This document shows positions 1-9,941 of a stretch of DNA of 64,000 nucleotides, piece after piece. Source of the stretch: an uncultured Ignavibacteria bacterium (GTDB lineage Bacteria; Bacteroidota; Ignavibacteria; Kapaibacteriales; Kapaibacteriaceae); NCBI GenBank assembly GCA_937870915.1, contig CALMZQ010000221.1:999-64998 (forward strand), given 5' to 3'. Each line of letters opens with the position of its first letter. Positions within the stretch are counted from its first letter, which is position 1. A program made the position numbers and the translations under genes. The notes beneath the pieces are model-generated. The model was not told where the DNA came from. It made no database searches and saw only the letters and a program-made list of their open reading frames with translations.

Positions 1-497
1 AGCACGAGAATGAAGATCATGAAGCTCGTGGAAAGCGCAGTCATCGTTGAGCCAAGAGCTCCTGTTACCATTGCAATAATCTTCTCAGCATCGAGAAGTT
101 TTGAAGGCTCAGAGAATGTTGTACTCGACCCTCCAATTGTACCCAAGAATTCTGCCACAAGGTCTTGAAGGTCGTGGATAGAATTGGCTATTGCTGGTGC
201 ATATCCCGGAATCACTTCGGCCACCTGTACGCCACAGTAGCCTAGTACTGCGCCTACGCCAGCTGCAAATAGGGCGCAGATAACAGAGACGATAAGAATG
301 GATAGCGCATGGGGGATTCCCTTTTTCGTGAGCTTCGTTACGTATGGACGTAGTAACCGGGCAATGAGGAAGCTCACAAAGACTGGTAGGATCAGTTCGC
401 TTAGCGACTTCGCAACCCAAACAAGCACAACAAACGCGAGAATGCCTGTGAACCACGTCAGCATACGCACGTCCATTCGTACCTTGGATTCGATCAT
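1..497 (-). CDS. AI-2E family (UPF0118/PerM-like) transporter, 5' part; runs off the window edge
   Basis: Manual translation from ATG at 497: MIESKVRMDVRMLTWFTGILAFVVLVWVAKSLSELILPVFVSFLIARLLRPYVTKLTKKGIPHALSILIV... has the typical AI-2E N-terminus (lPf..a.l.a.ll.P.v..l.k..ip..la) with several TM segments; open to the edge; absent from the ORF track. Confidence 0.8.
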   Translation of the reverse strand, partial: MIESKVRMDVRMLTWFTGILAFVVLVWVAKSLSELILPVFVSFLIARLLRPYVTKLTKKGIPHALSILIVSVICALFAAGVGAVLGYCGVQVAEVIPGYAPAIANSIHDLQDLVAEFLGTIGGSSTTFSEPSKLLDAEKIIAMVTGALGSTMTALSTSFMIFILV

Positions 498-549
498 TTG
501 AGCCCCTTTCAGTTCGTGGTCTACATTCGATCGCAGTGCAATGTAAACG

Positions 550-578
550 AAAAAGCCTCGGCAGTTGCCGAGGCTTTT
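550..578. terminator. Intrinsic terminator hairpin downstream of rpmG, potentially bidirectional
   Basis: AAAAAGCCTCGGCA-GT-TGCCGAGGCTTTT perfect inverted repeat with A/T tails on both sides. Confidence 0.8.
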
Positions 579-608
579 GAACGTTGACTTTGAGAGAAAA
601 ACCGCTGG

Positions 609-788
609 TTAGCGGATTTCCTTATGTACAGTGTGACGCTTGAGGTACGGATTGTACTTCTTGATCTCCAAGCGTTCTGTTGTGTTTTGCTTGTTCTTCA
701 TCGTTGAATACCGCGATGCAGGCTTGCCTTCTTTTTTGGCTTCCGTGCATTCTAGCGTGATGATGACGCGTGCGCCCTTTTTGGCCAT
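609..788 (-). CDS. rpmG: 50S ribosomal protein L33 (59 aa)
   Basis: Manual translation [59 protein letters not shown]; below the ORF-track length cut-off. Confidence 0.97.
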   Translation of the reverse strand: MAKKGARVIITLECTEAKKEGKPASRYSTMKNKQNTTERLEIKKYNPYLKRHTVHKEIR

Positions 789-828
789 GACATTACTCCG
801 TGTTTCTCGATTGCATTTTTGGGGACGA

Positions 829-836
829 CAAATCTA
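829..836 (-). promoter_or_regulatory. Bacteroidota-type -7 promoter box upstream of rpmG
   Basis: TAGATTTG on the minus strand matches TAnnTTTG, 40 nt upstream of the ATG. Confidence 0.55.
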
Positions 837-865
837 CGGCAATGTGACGTAAACTCCAAACAAGG

Positions 866-3343
866 TTACCGCTTACGTGTCGTTTTAGCCGGAACCTTTT
901 TGGAAACAGGACTACGAAATGCAACAGGAATAGCCTCGGTAATGGTGCCTACATAGACAATCGTTAGACCCTCTGTGACCATTGGCGAGAGCTCCTGTAC
1001 ATCTTTCTTGTTGTCTTTAGGTACCATTACGGTAGTCATTCCGGCCCTTTTTGCAGCAAGCAGCTTCTCGTTCAAACCACCAATCGGGAGCACGTTGCCG
1101 CGCAAGGTTACCTCACCCGTCATGGCAACATCTCCACGAAGGGGCTTGCCACTCGCTGCAGACAATAGCGCCAACGTCATCGTGATACCGGCCGATGGGC
1201 CATCCTTAGGAATGGCACCTTCCGGAACGTGGATGTGGATCTCCTTGCCCTTGGCGAAATCGGGGTCGAGTTCGAAACGAGCGGCATTGCTGCGCAGAAA
1301 TGACAGGGCGGCCATGGCGGACTCCTTCATCACGTCGCCGAGTTTCCCCGTTAACGTCAGACGTTCTACGCCGGGCATGAAAGTAACTTCAACCGGTAGC
1401 GTATCACCACCCATTGACGTCCAAGCAAGCCCCGTAGCAACTCCAATCTTATCGCTGATCTCTTCTTCTTTTTCCTTGTATTTGGCTACGCGGAGAAGGC
1501 GTTCAATAGCCTTTTCATCTACCTTCCACGACCGTTGTTTAACGATCTTGGCATATGCCTTACTTGAACGGACGTCGTCAACCTTGGTCTTGCCGGACCT
1601 CTTGCTCACGTCACCAACGATGTCCATGGCAAGTTTGCGCATCACACTTGCGATCTCGCGTTCAAGACTCCGTACTCCTGCTTCGCGCGTGTATTCTCGC
1701 ACGATCTTCAACAAAGCGGCATCGGTGAAGGTGATGTTGAAATCCTGGAGTCCGTGACGTTCGATCTGCTTTGGAATGATGTACTGCTTAGCAATCTGAA
1801 CCTTATCTGGCTCCAGATAACTCGATAGCTCGATCACTTCAAGTCGATCAAGTAGGGGGCCTGGAATATCGTACTTCACATTCGCCGTTGCGATGAAGAG
1901 AACGTTCGATAGATCGTAGTCCACTTCGAGATAATGATCACTAAATGTGCTGTTCTGTTCCGGATCCAATACTTCAAGAAGGGCTGCACTTGGATCACCA
2001 CGGAAATCCATGGACATCTTATCGATCTCATCGAGCAAGATCACAGGATTTGTAGACCCGGCACGCTTCATCGACTGAATAATCTTGCCCGGCATCGCGC
2101 CGATATATGTTCTTCTGTGTCCGCGGATCTCGGCTTCATCTCGTACTCCACCAAGCGACATGCGAACAAAGTTTCTGCCAAGGGCCCGTGCAATAGACTT
2201 TGCAAGGGAAGTTTTCCCAACTCCCGGAGGTCCAACAAAACACAGAATCTGGCCACGCATTGCACCAACGAGGTTCAATACGGAGATGTATTCTAGAATG
2301 CGTTCCTTGGGCTTTTCAAGATCGTAGTGGTCCGTGTTGAGTATGCCTTGAACATGATTGATGTCGAGGTCATCAGCTGTGCGTGCAGACCACGGTACAT
2401 TGGCAATCCATTCTAGCCATGTGCGATTCACGCTGAATTCAGGAGACATCGACGGCGTGCGTTTTAGCCTGTCGAATTCTTCGAATACCTTGGACTTTGT
2501 TGGCTCCGGCAGCTCAGCTTTTTCTAGGAGCTCACGAAGCGGACCGAGCTCTGTTCCACCATCATCTTCATCTCCGAGCTCTGTTTGTAGTGCTCGAATC
2601 TGTTCCTGAATGAAATATTTACGCTGGGATTTTTGGATCTGATCCTGAACCTTAGAGTCAATCTCTACTTCAAGGCGAAGCAGTTCGAGCTCGTTGGACA
2701 ACATCTGAACAAGCTCATAATATTGGCTCTTCACATCCGGTGCGTCAAGAATCCGTTGTTTCACCTCAACCTTTTGAGAAACATTGGCCGCAGCGTAATA
2801 CAGCTTACGCATAGGATCTTCAATGTTCTGGAATGCGCCAAGCACCTCAGGAGGGAGATTCCGATTGTCCTTTACGTACTCTTCAAAGAGTTCCGTGGCA
2901 TGACGTATGAGCGCCTTGAGATTCCTATCTCGTTCATTCACCACCGGCGCAATCGTCTCCACCTCTGCTTCCAGGTATGGTTCGGTGCGGGACGGACCAA
3001 CGATTTTGGCCGTAACAGCACCTTCAACAAGTACCTTTAGAAGGTTGTTCGGAAGCCTCATCACCTGAAGGATCTTGGCGACTGTGCCTACCTTATGGAT
3101 GTCGTCAAAACCTGCGTCTTCGGTGGACGCATGTCGCTGAGAAGTAACCAGTATGAACTTGTCCCGCTCCAGCGCTTCGGCAACCGCCTTGAGCGAAGAA
3201 GCCCGTCCTATAAGGACAGGAAAGATCATATACGGGTAGATAACGATATCCCGTAGGGGGAGAACCGGCATCTGCGTGGGGATGGCTGGGGCTCGTTTTT
3301 CGGCCTGTTCAATAGAGTCGAGGACGTCGGATTGGTCGATCAT
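866..3343 (-). CDS. lon: ATP-dependent Lon protease (endopeptidase La)
   Basis: LON N-domain (PVLPLRD), Walker A GPPGVGKTS, Walker B ILLDEIDK, catalytic PKDGPSAG and GGLNEK. Confidence 0.98.
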   Translation of the reverse strand: MIDQSDVLDSIEQAEKRAPAIPTQMPVLPLRDIVIYPYMIFPVLIGRASSLKAVAEALERDKFILVTSQRHASTEDAGFDDIHKVGTVAKILQVMRLPNNLLKVLVEGAVTAKIVGPSRTEPYLEAEVETIAPVVNERDRNLKALIRHATELFEEYVKDNRNLPPEVLGAFQNIEDPMRKLYYAAANVSQKVEVKQRILDAPDVKSQYYELVQMLSNELELLRLEVEIDSKVQDQIQKSQRKYFIQEQIRALQTELGDEDDGGTELGPLRELLEKAELPEPTKSKVFEEFDRLKRTPSMSPEFSVNRTWLEWIANVPWSARTADDLDINHVQGILNTDHYDLEKPKERILEYISVLNLVGAMRGQILCFVGPPGVGKTSLAKSIARALGRNFVRMSLGGVRDEAEIRGHRRTYIGAMPGKIIQSMKRAGSTNPVILLDEIDKMSMDFRGDPSAALLEVLDPEQNSTFSDHYLEVDYDLSNVLFIATANVKYDIPGPLLDRLEVIELSSYLEPDKVQIAKQYIIPKQIERHGLQDFNITFTDAALLKIVREYTREAGVRSLEREIASVMRKLAMDIVGDVSKRSGKTKVDDVRSSKAYAKIVKQRSWKVDEKAIERLLRVAKYKEKEEEISDKIGVATGLAWTSMGGDTLPVEVTFMPGVERLTLTGKLGDVMKESAMAALSFLRSNAARFELDPDFAKGKEIHIHVPEGAIPKDGPSAGITMTLALLSAASGKPLRGDVAMTGEVTLRGNVLPIGGLNEKLLAAKRAGMTTVMVPKDNKKDVQELSPMVTEGLTIVYVGTITEAIPVAFRSPVSKKVPAKTTRKR

Positions 3344-3432
3344 GGGGTCTGAAGACGTGGACAGAACGGAAAAATTACGAAGGATATTCGTTAAAGCCAG
3401 CCGGACGTTTGGACGTAACCCCTTTTAACCCC

Positions 3433-3440
3433 TATCTTTG
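3433..3440 (+). promoter_or_regulatory. Bacteroidota-type -7 promoter box upstream of infC
   Basis: TATCTTTG matches TAnnTTTG, 43 nt upstream of the infC start. Confidence 0.6.
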
Positions 3441-3483
3441 CGTTCTTTCCAAGAAGCTCAATTCACTGTAACCGAAGGTCCGT

Positions 3484-4149
3484 TTGAGGCGTCCGTATAT
3501 CCCGCCGCAAGGTCCGCGTCAGGAACCCCAAAGAAAACACAAGATCAATGACGAGATCACAGCTGCTGATCTTCGAGTTGTTGATGCACAAGGTGCGCCG
3601 CTAGGCGTAATGCCGCGTCGCGAAGCATTGCGGATCGCACTTGAGCGTGAAGCAGATCTTGTTGAGATCGCACCACAGGCAAATCCACCTGTTTGTAAGA
3701 TCATTGATTATGGGAAGTTCATCTATGAACAGACCAAGCGTGATAAGCAACAGAAGAAGCAGCAAACGCAGACAACGTTGAAGGAAGTTCGGTTCAAGGC
3801 AGGAACAGACACGCATGACTTTGACTTCAAGACGAGACATGCGCGTGAGTTTCTGGAAGAAGGCCACAAGGTAAAGGCAACGGTGATGTTCAAGGGCCGC
3901 GAGATTCTTCACAAGGAACTCGGTGAAGTGCTTTTGCAACGATTCATCGATGCATTGGTGGAGGTCTCAAAGGTAGACCAGCCAATGCGCATGGAAGGTC
4001 GGTTCCTTGGTGTGATGCTTGCACCGGATATCAAGAAACCGGTCAAGAAGAAGGAGCCAAAACCAAAAACTGACGAGGCAGCTCCAAAGGCTGCGGCGCC
4101 AACGGAAGAAGCTCAACCCGAAGCAGAACAACAATCAGTTCAGGAGTAA
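3484..4149 (+). CDS. infC: Translation initiation factor IF-3 (TTG start, low-complexity C-terminal tail)
   Basis: [48 protein letters not shown] motifs; first gene of infC-rpmI-rplT. Confidence 0.97.
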   Translation: MRRPYIPPQGPRQEPQRKHKINDEITAADLRVVDAQGAPLGVMPRREALRIALEREADLVEIAPQANPPVCKIIDYGKFIYEQTKRDKQQKKQQTQTTLKEVRFKAGTDTHDFDFKTRHAREFLEEGHKVKATVMFKGREILHKELGEVLLQRFIDALVEVSKVDQPMRMEGRFLGVMLAPDIKKPVKKKEPKPKTDEAAPKAAAPTEEAQPEAEQQSVQE

Positions 4150-4153
4150 TGTA

Positions 4154-4351
4154 ATGCCGAAGATGAAAACGAATTCCGGAGCCAAGAAGCGATTCAAGGT
4201 CACCGGGTCAGGTGCGATCAAGCGTCAAAAAGCTAATCGCAGCCACATCCTCACAAGCAAGAATCGCAAGCGCAAGCGTAACCTCCGTCAGGATACACTT
4301 GTACACCCGGCAGATATGCCGAACGTGTTGCATTGCCTCGCAATGCGTTAA
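4154..4351 (+). CDS. rpmI: 50S ribosomal protein L35
   Basis: [20 protein letters not shown]...SHILTSK...KRNLR; true start is the ATG at 4154 within the longer track ORF. Confidence 0.97.
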   Translation: MPKMKTNSGAKKRFKVTGSGAIKRQKANRSHILTSKNRKRKRNLRQDTLVHPADMPNVLHCLAMR

Positions 4352-4426
4352 GCGAACTCTCGCTTTTTTTTCTCACGTCGTTCAGGGACACAGCCGTTCT
4401 CCTGACGACAAACAAAGGAGTTTGAC

Positions 4427-4768
4427 ATGCCAAGAAGTGTCAATAAAGTAGCGGCGCACCAGCGGAAGAAGAAATACTTCAAGCTCGCAAAGGGCTACTG
4501 GGGCGCAAGGTCAAAAGTATGGACAGTAGCGAAGCACCACGTTGAAAAGGGTCTTCAATATGCCTACAGAGACCGCCGTAATAAAAAGCGTACGTTCCGC
4601 TCACTGTGGATCATTCGTATCAATGCTGCAGCCCGCCTCAATGGCACAACGTATTCGCGTTTGATGCACGGTTTGAAGCTGAAGAACATCCAGATCAATC
4701 GCAAGGTCCTTGCAGACATCGCGATGAATCACCCAGCGGTGTTTTCAACAATCGTAAAATCGGTGTAA
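4427..4768 (+). CDS. rplT: 50S ribosomal protein L20
   Basis: [46 protein letters not shown]; AAGGAG RBS upstream. Confidence 0.98.
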   Translation: MPRSVNKVAAHQRKKKYFKLAKGYWGARSKVWTVAKHHVEKGLQYAYRDRRNKKRTFRSLWIIRINAAARLNGTTYSRLMHGLKLKNIQINRKVLADIAMNHPAVFSTIVKSV

Positions 4769-4811
4769 GGCAACGGTAGCAGAAGATCGTCAGATCTTCG
4801 AGAACTTTTCG

Positions 4812-4852
4812 AACGGCGGTGATGACTTCGGTCGTCACCGCCGTTTCTTCTT
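4812..4852 (+). terminator. Intrinsic terminator after rplT
   Basis: 15-bp stem AACGGCGGTGATGAC-TTCG-GTCGTCACCGCCGTT (one G.U pair, UUCG tetraloop) followed by a T-rich tract. Confidence 0.8.
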
Positions 4853-4867
4853 CCTAGATTTGCATCT

Positions 4868-5890
4868 ATGACGCTCATCGACCAAATATCTGCTCTCCGC
4901 TCGGAGATCGAACACGAGATCCCCACGATCGATTCAGCGGATGCTGCTGAACGCTTCCGGCTAAAGCACCTTGTGAAGAAGGGGACCATTCAATCCTGCG
5001 TTGAAGGTCTTCGAATGGTTCCGCGCGAGGAGAAGCCCCTTGTTGGAAAAGCACTCAATGAATTGCGTGCACTTGCCGAAGGAGCATTTGCCCATGCTCA
5101 AGAACAGTTCGGAAAACGTTCTTCAACTCCGCATCTCGATCTTACACTTCCTCCTCGTGGGCAACGCCGTGGAGCAGTACATCCTATCACGCAAACTGTT
5201 GACAAACTCGTCAGCATCTTCTCGTCCATGGGGTTCGAAGTTGCTGAGGGGCCGGATGTTGAAGACGACACGCATAACTTCGGTAAGCTGAATTTTGCTG
5301 CCGACCATCCTGCTCGCGATATGCAGGATACCTTCTTCATCGACGATGAGGCTCGGGCAGATCTTCTCCTGCGTACACACACATCGAGTGTACAGGTACG
5401 TGTTATGGAGAACATGAAACCACCAATTCGCTGCATCATGCCGGGTAGGGTCTATCGTAATGAGGCGGTGAGTGCACGATCGCTGGCAGAGTTCCACCAG
5501 ATTGAAGGACTGTATATCGATAAGGGTGTGAGCATGGCCGATCTTAAGGGTACGATCATGGCCTTTGCCCGTCGGTTCTACGATGAAAACGCTGAGTTCC
5601 GTTTCCGCACCTCCTACTTCCCATTCACTGAACCGAGTTGCGAGATCGACATGTCATGTTTCCTCTGTAAGGGAGACGGGTGTCGCATTTGTAAACATTC
5701 CGGATGGTTGGAGATCTGCGGTGCCGGTATGGTCCATCCCAATGTTCTCTCGGCATGCGGAATCGATCCAAATGAATATTCAGGCTTTGCCTTTGGCTTT
5801 GGTGTTGAGAGAGTTGTGTTGATGCTAACGGGGATCGATGATATTCGACTCCTGTATGATAATGACATTCGTGTCCTATCGCAGTTCTGA
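4868..5890 (+). CDS. pheS: Phenylalanine--tRNA ligase alpha subunit
   Basis: HPARDMQDTF, LLRTHTSSVQ, EFHQIEG, SYFPFTEPS, WLEICGAGMVHP, GFAFGFGVER. Confidence 0.98.
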   Translation: MTLIDQISALRSEIEHEIPTIDSADAAERFRLKHLVKKGTIQSCVEGLRMVPREEKPLVGKALNELRALAEGAFAHAQEQFGKRSSTPHLDLTLPPRGQRRGAVHPITQTVDKLVSIFSSMGFEVAEGPDVEDDTHNFGKLNFAADHPARDMQDTFFIDDEARADLLLRTHTSSVQVRVMENMKPPIRCIMPGRVYRNEAVSARSLAEFHQIEGLYIDKGVSMADLKGTIMAFARRFYDENAEFRFRTSYFPFTEPSCEIDMSCFLCKGDGCRICKHSGWLEICGAGMVHPNVLSACGIDPNEYSGFAFGFGVERVVLMLTGIDDIRLLYDNDIRVLSQF

Positions 5891-5892
5891 TC

Positions 5893-6591
5893 ATGCCCCT
5901 TCTAACGGCAACAGATATCCACAAGTCGTATCGCAGAACGGGTCAGGCAGACACCGAAGTGCTGCGAGGCGCATCCCTCATAGTAGAAGCCGGCGAGGTG
6001 GTGGCATTGGTTGGTCCAAGTGGGGCAGGCAAGAGTACGATGTTGCATATCATGGCGTCGTTGGATTCTGCTGATAGTGGAACGGTCCTTCTCAAGATCG
6101 AAGGTCAAGACACCAACCTTGCCAAACTCTCACCGTCGGCTCTTGCTATCATCCGTGCGAATAGCATCGGCATGGTCTTTCAGTTTCATCATTTGCTGCC
6201 GGAATTCACTGCTCTTGAGAATGTTGCCATGCCTGCGTTGGTTGCCGGACTGTCAAGTAAGGCTGCCAATGCAAAAGCCAATACCTTGCTTGAGCAAGTA
6301 GGGATGTTGCATCGTGCCGGACATATGCCAATGGAAATGTCTGGGGGTGAACAGCAACGTGTGGCGATTGCCCGTGCGTTAATCAACGAGCCGTCCATCG
6401 TATTCGCAGATGAGCCAACAGGCAATCTGGATACTGATAATGCTTCGTCCGTTGCAGAACTGTTGCTGGGACTACGAGAAACACGCAACGTAGCCTGTGT
6501 TATCGCAACTCATAGTCTCGAGCTGGCGCATAGAGCACATCGCGTTGTGCAGATGGTTGATGGCAGATGTATTGGGCCGGGAAATGCATAG
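5893..6591 (+). CDS. ABC transporter ATP-binding protein, LolD-like
   Basis: [49 protein letters not shown]. Confidence 0.85.
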   Translation: MPLLTATDIHKSYRRTGQADTEVLRGASLIVEAGEVVALVGPSGAGKSTMLHIMASLDSADSGTVLLKIEGQDTNLAKLSPSALAIIRANSIGMVFQFHHLLPEFTALENVAMPALVAGLSSKAANAKANTLLEQVGMLHRAGHMPMEMSGGEQQRVAIARALINEPSIVFADEPTGNLDTDNASSVAELLLGLRETRNVACVIATHSLELAHRAHRVVQMVDGRCIGPGNA

Positions 6592-6943
6592 GCGACTCGG
6601 AATGATGCTCATTGGCTACGGAGTGTTCCTTGTAGCAACCGGCGTTTTGGGATTCGTCCTTACGCGGGAAACAAGTGTATCGTCGCTATTCAACGGTGGG
6701 ATATTTGGAACTCTCCTCATAGTGCTTGGAGTAATGCATCAACAGGGGAGAATGTGGACACATCCTGCTAGCCTGTCTGCTTCCGCGATCTTCACACTTA
6801 CGTTTCTGTGGAGAGCTGCACTTCAATGGTATGAAATAGCGAACGGCGATGTCACACGAGTGAACATCGCCGTTCTGTTGTCTGTTATGTCTCTGGTGAG
6901 CCTCGCCGTTGTGCTCGTGCTCTTCAAGCACTACAGACACTAG
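6584..6943 (+). CDS. Small 4-TM membrane protein, TMEM14-like
   Basis: Likely ATG at 6584 overlapping the upstream gene end; YG.FL...G.LGF.....S..SL..G pattern and four hydrophobic segments. Confidence 0.55.
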   Translation: MHRRLGMMLIGYGVFLVATGVLGFVLTRETSVSSLFNGGIFGTLLIVLGVMHQQGRMWTHPASLSASAIFTLTFLWRAALQWYEIANGDVTRVNIAVLLSVMSLVSLAVVLVLFKHYRH

Positions 6944-6950
6944 GAGCCCC

Positions 6951-7589
6951 TTATAGCTTGAAGACCAATCCGCCACCAAGGCTGAATTGGAAGAGCTGGA
7001 TCATCGTTGATACACCGTAGCCACTACCACCCGTTCCAAGGTAGAAGCCGGCACCGCCAAACACCATGGGCATGTTAAGATTCGCATTGAGTCGAACACC
7101 GATCTTCTCATTCAACCAGATCTTTGCGCCACCAGTAACGGAACCAAGAAAACGTGTCTCAGAATCGTAGGCACTATTGACCGGAGCAAAGATCTCCATG
7201 CCAAAAAGCAAACCCCCAAACATCGTTACCTTGTCGTTTACATCCTTGTGATAGAGTCCGCCGATCTGAATGAAGTGATTGTTGATTTCACTGCCATTGT
7301 CTCCCGGCATACCCATATAACCCTCGATGCGAACAGACGTAGGCTGAAATGCATATTGCAGCTCGAGCATCACGTTGTTTCGGAGATCAACGTCAATAGC
7401 ACCACCGTATACGATGGAAGGCTCGAAATAGAGATTGCCGTTATAGTTGTTGTAATAGTAGTCATTCGACGCACCGAACATGTAGTTCGCAAAGGCATTG
7501 AGTTCTACCTTTTGGGCGCTCACGGTAGAAGCAGCAAGAACAAGGGCAAGGCACGTTGTTACAAGGTGTTTCATAGAGATCTTTCGCAT
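6951..7589 (-). CDS. Outer-membrane beta-barrel protein
   Basis: Signal peptide ending VSA-Q, alternating beta-strand pattern, C-terminal GGGLVFKL. Confidence 0.7.
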   Translation of the reverse strand: MRKISMKHLVTTCLALVLAASTVSAQKVELNAFANYMFGASNDYYYNNYNGNLYFEPSIVYGGAIDVDLRNNVMLELQYAFQPTSVRIEGYMGMPGDNGSEINNHFIQIGGLYHKDVNDKVTMFGGLLFGMEIFAPVNSAYDSETRFLGSVTGGAKIWLNEKIGVRLNANLNMPMVFGGAGFYLGTGGSGYGVSTMIQLFQFSLGGGLVFKL

Positions 7590-7616
7590 GTGGGAAGTGG
7601 GTGATATGTTGAGAAT

Positions 7617-8894
7617 CTACTGTACTTGACCGAAGAGGTCGAACTCTGCAGCATCGTCGATCACTACGTTGACAAAGGAGCCAGGGCTAAGTGTGGTATT
7701 TGAACGAATATAGACGTCATTATCTACTTCCGGTGCATCGGCCTCGGTTCTTCCGCGGTACTCTCCGTTAAGGTCTTCTTCGATGAGAACACGTTGCCTT
7801 GTGCCAACCTTTGCAAGGTTTTTGGCGAGCGATATACTTCCTTGCAGGTCCATAACACGTTGAACGCGGGCGTCCTTTACGTCATCCGGGATTGGATCAC
7901 CGAGAATGTAGGCATAGGTGTCGTCTTCCTGCGAATACTTGAACACACCAACGCGGTCGAGTTGTTGTTGCTCCAAGAACTCAACAAGTTCATCAACATC
8001 TGATTCGGTCTCGCTCGGATAGCCGATGATAAACGTGCTACGGAGCGTGATGTCCGGTACTTGTTGGCGAATGGCGTCGAGTAGTTCTTCCGTGGTTTTG
8101 CGTGTTATGCCCCTTCTCATATTCTTCAACACATTGGTAGATGCATGTTGAAGAGGCATATCGAGATAATTGCAGATATTCTTTCGATCACGGATGACCG
8201 GAAGAATGTCGTGGGGGAATTTGGCCGGATAGGCATACATGCAGCGGATCCACTCAGCACCACTTTCGTCTGAGAGAGCCATGAGTAAATCAGCAAGCCT
8301 GCGTTTGTCATAGATATCCAGACCATAATACGTTAGGTCTTGGGCCACAAGTACGATCTCTTTCACGCCTTGCGAAACAAGATTCTGAGCATTCTTTACG
8401 ACTGTCTCAATGGGCGTACTACGATGTGTTCCGCGCATGATCGGGATGGCGCAGAACGAACACGGATTGTCGCATCCTTCGGAAATCTTGAGATAGGCGT
8501 AGTGTTGTGGAGTTGAGAGAATGCGGTCTCCCAGCAAGGAATATTTGAGGTCGGGAGATATGGCCTTGATGATCTGTTCATAGGCCTCAGTACCGAAGAA
8601 GTGATCTACTTCCGGTATCTCCTTGCGTAGGTCATCTCCGTAGCGTTCAGAAAGGCAACCGGCCACAACAAGCTGACGAAGCGAACCGTCTTTTCGGAGC
8701 TGGGCTGCTTCGAGGATCATGTTAACGCTTTCTTCCTTTGCCGTATCGATAAAGCCACACGTATTGATCACAAGGGTATCGGCATCTTCAACAGAATCTG
8801 CCAACTCCATGTGATTGGCCGTGAGATGTCCAGCCAGCGTTTCGCTGTCCACAGTGTTCTTGCTGCAACCCAGGGTGATAATGTGGACCTTCAT
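7617..8894 (-). CDS. rimO: Ribosomal protein S12 methylthiotransferase RimO
   Basis: LGCSKNTVDSE, INTCGFI..AKEES, AYLKISEGCDNPCSFCAIP radical SAM motif, DAPEVD TRAM region. Confidence 0.95.
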   Translation of the reverse strand: MKVHIITLGCSKNTVDSETLAGHLTANHMELADSVEDADTLVINTCGFIDTAKEESVNMILEAAQLRKDGSLRQLVVAGCLSERYGDDLRKEIPEVDHFFGTEAYEQIIKAISPDLKYSLLGDRILSTPQHYAYLKISEGCDNPCSFCAIPIMRGTHRSTPIETVVKNAQNLVSQGVKEIVLVAQDLTYYGLDIYDKRRLADLLMALSDESGAEWIRCMYAYPAKFPHDILPVIRDRKNICNYLDMPLQHASTNVLKNMRRGITRKTTEELLDAIRQQVPDITLRSTFIIGYPSETESDVDELVEFLEQQQLDRVGVFKYSQEDDTYAYILGDPIPDDVKDARVQRVMDLQGSISLAKNLAKVGTRQRVLIEEDLNGEYRGRTEADAPEVDNDVYIRSNTTLSPGSFVNVVIDDAAEFDLFGQVQ

Positions 8895-9370
8895 GCGAAT
8901 CTATTCTTCATACGTTCTGCCACGATCTCGGGCACAAACTCGGTGATGTTCTGATCATATCTCCCCAGCTCTCGAATGATACTGGAGTTGAGATAGGTGA
9001 AACGTTCGTGGGGCATCATGAAGATGGTCGTCACGTCGGGCTGGAGCTTGCGGTTCATAAGGGCAATCTGGAACTCATATTCGAAGTCGCTTACAGCACG
9101 GAGTCCACGCACAATAACGTCCACGCCATTCTCGCGGGCAAAGTCCACAACGAGTCCGGCATAAACCGTTACTCGCACATTGGGAAGATGGACAAGTGAG
9201 GCCGCGGCCATCTCCAAACGTTCGGTTTCGTCAAAAAGTGGGGTCTTCTTACTGTTCTTGGCAACAACAACGGTAACCGTCTCGAACATCTGGGCTGCAC
9301 GTTCGATCACATCTACGTGACCGTTCGTGATAGGATCGAATGATCCCGGATACATGGCGTGTTTGGACAT
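8891..9370 (-). CDS. coaD: Pantetheine-phosphate adenylyltransferase
   Basis: YPGSFDPITNGHVD, RGLRAVSDFEYE. Confidence 0.97.
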   Translation of the reverse strand: MSKHAMYPGSFDPITNGHVDVIERAAQMFETVTVVVAKNSKKTPLFDETERLEMAAASLVHLPNVRVTVYAGLVVDFARENGVDVIVRGLRAVSDFEYEFQIALMNRKLQPDVTTIFMMPHERFTYLNSSIIRELGRYDQNITEFVPEIVAERMKNRFA

Positions 9371-9380
9371 AGACTACAAA

Positions 9381-9941
9381 TTACGGCAAGGGGCGTTCAT
9401 AGCGCAGAACATCGATTACCGTAGAGCCCCTTTCCTTGTGCCAAAGGAGGGAAACACCGTCCGGTACGATCACTGCTTCTTGATCACCGTGTTCGAGAAC
9501 AACTATGGCACTCGGAGCAAGGATAGGACTTGTTGTAAGTATCTCGGCGATATGATTGCACAACTTGAGTGCATATGGTGGGTCGGCAACGATCACGTCA
9601 AAAGGTCCGGCAATGCCATTGCGTAGGAATCCAAGGACATCGGCCTTGATAATGGTAACCTGTGGATCGTATCCGAATTCCTTCGACACTGACCGGAGGT
9701 GCCTACATACGAGGGCAGAGGCATCAACCATGGTGGCATGTGCCGATCCTCTGCTGAGCATCTCAAAACTAAGCTGCCCGCTGCCTGCGCAAAGGTCCAA
9801 AACACGTTTTCCGGCGAAATCAATGTGGTGGGTAAGAACACTGAAGAGACTCTCTTTCAGAACGTCTGTTGTTGGTCTGGTATCAGACCCCGGGGGCTGT
9901 GGGACCAGCCTACCTTTCAGAGTACCACCGATGATCCTCAT
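9381..9941 (-). CDS. rsmD: 16S rRNA m2G966 methyltransferase RsmD
   Basis: MRIIGG..KGR, TRPT, KESLF, LDLCAGSG, DPPY. Confidence 0.93.
   Translation of the reverse strand: MRIIGGTLKGRLVPQPPGSDTRPTTDVLKESLFSVLTHHIDFAGKRVLDLCAGSGQLSFEMLSRGSAHATMVDASALVCRHLRSVSKEFGYDPQVTIIKADVLGFLRNGIAGPFDVIVADPPYALKLCNHIAEILTTSPILAPSAIVVLEHGDQEAVIVPDGVSLLWHKERGSTVIDVLRYERPLP

Noticed and set aside
109-852. Track ORFs 109-456, 298-501 and 640-852
   Set aside because: Shadow frames of the AI-2E transporter gene and rpmG on the minus strand
975-3040. Long antisense ORFs opposite lon, and similar ones opposite sprA, dnaE2 and other genes
   Set aside because: Typical antisense shadows of long coding genes with no independent protein features
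3484-3486. Non-AUG (TTG) start of infC
   Set aside because: Non-canonical infC starts are well-established autoregulation and not novel
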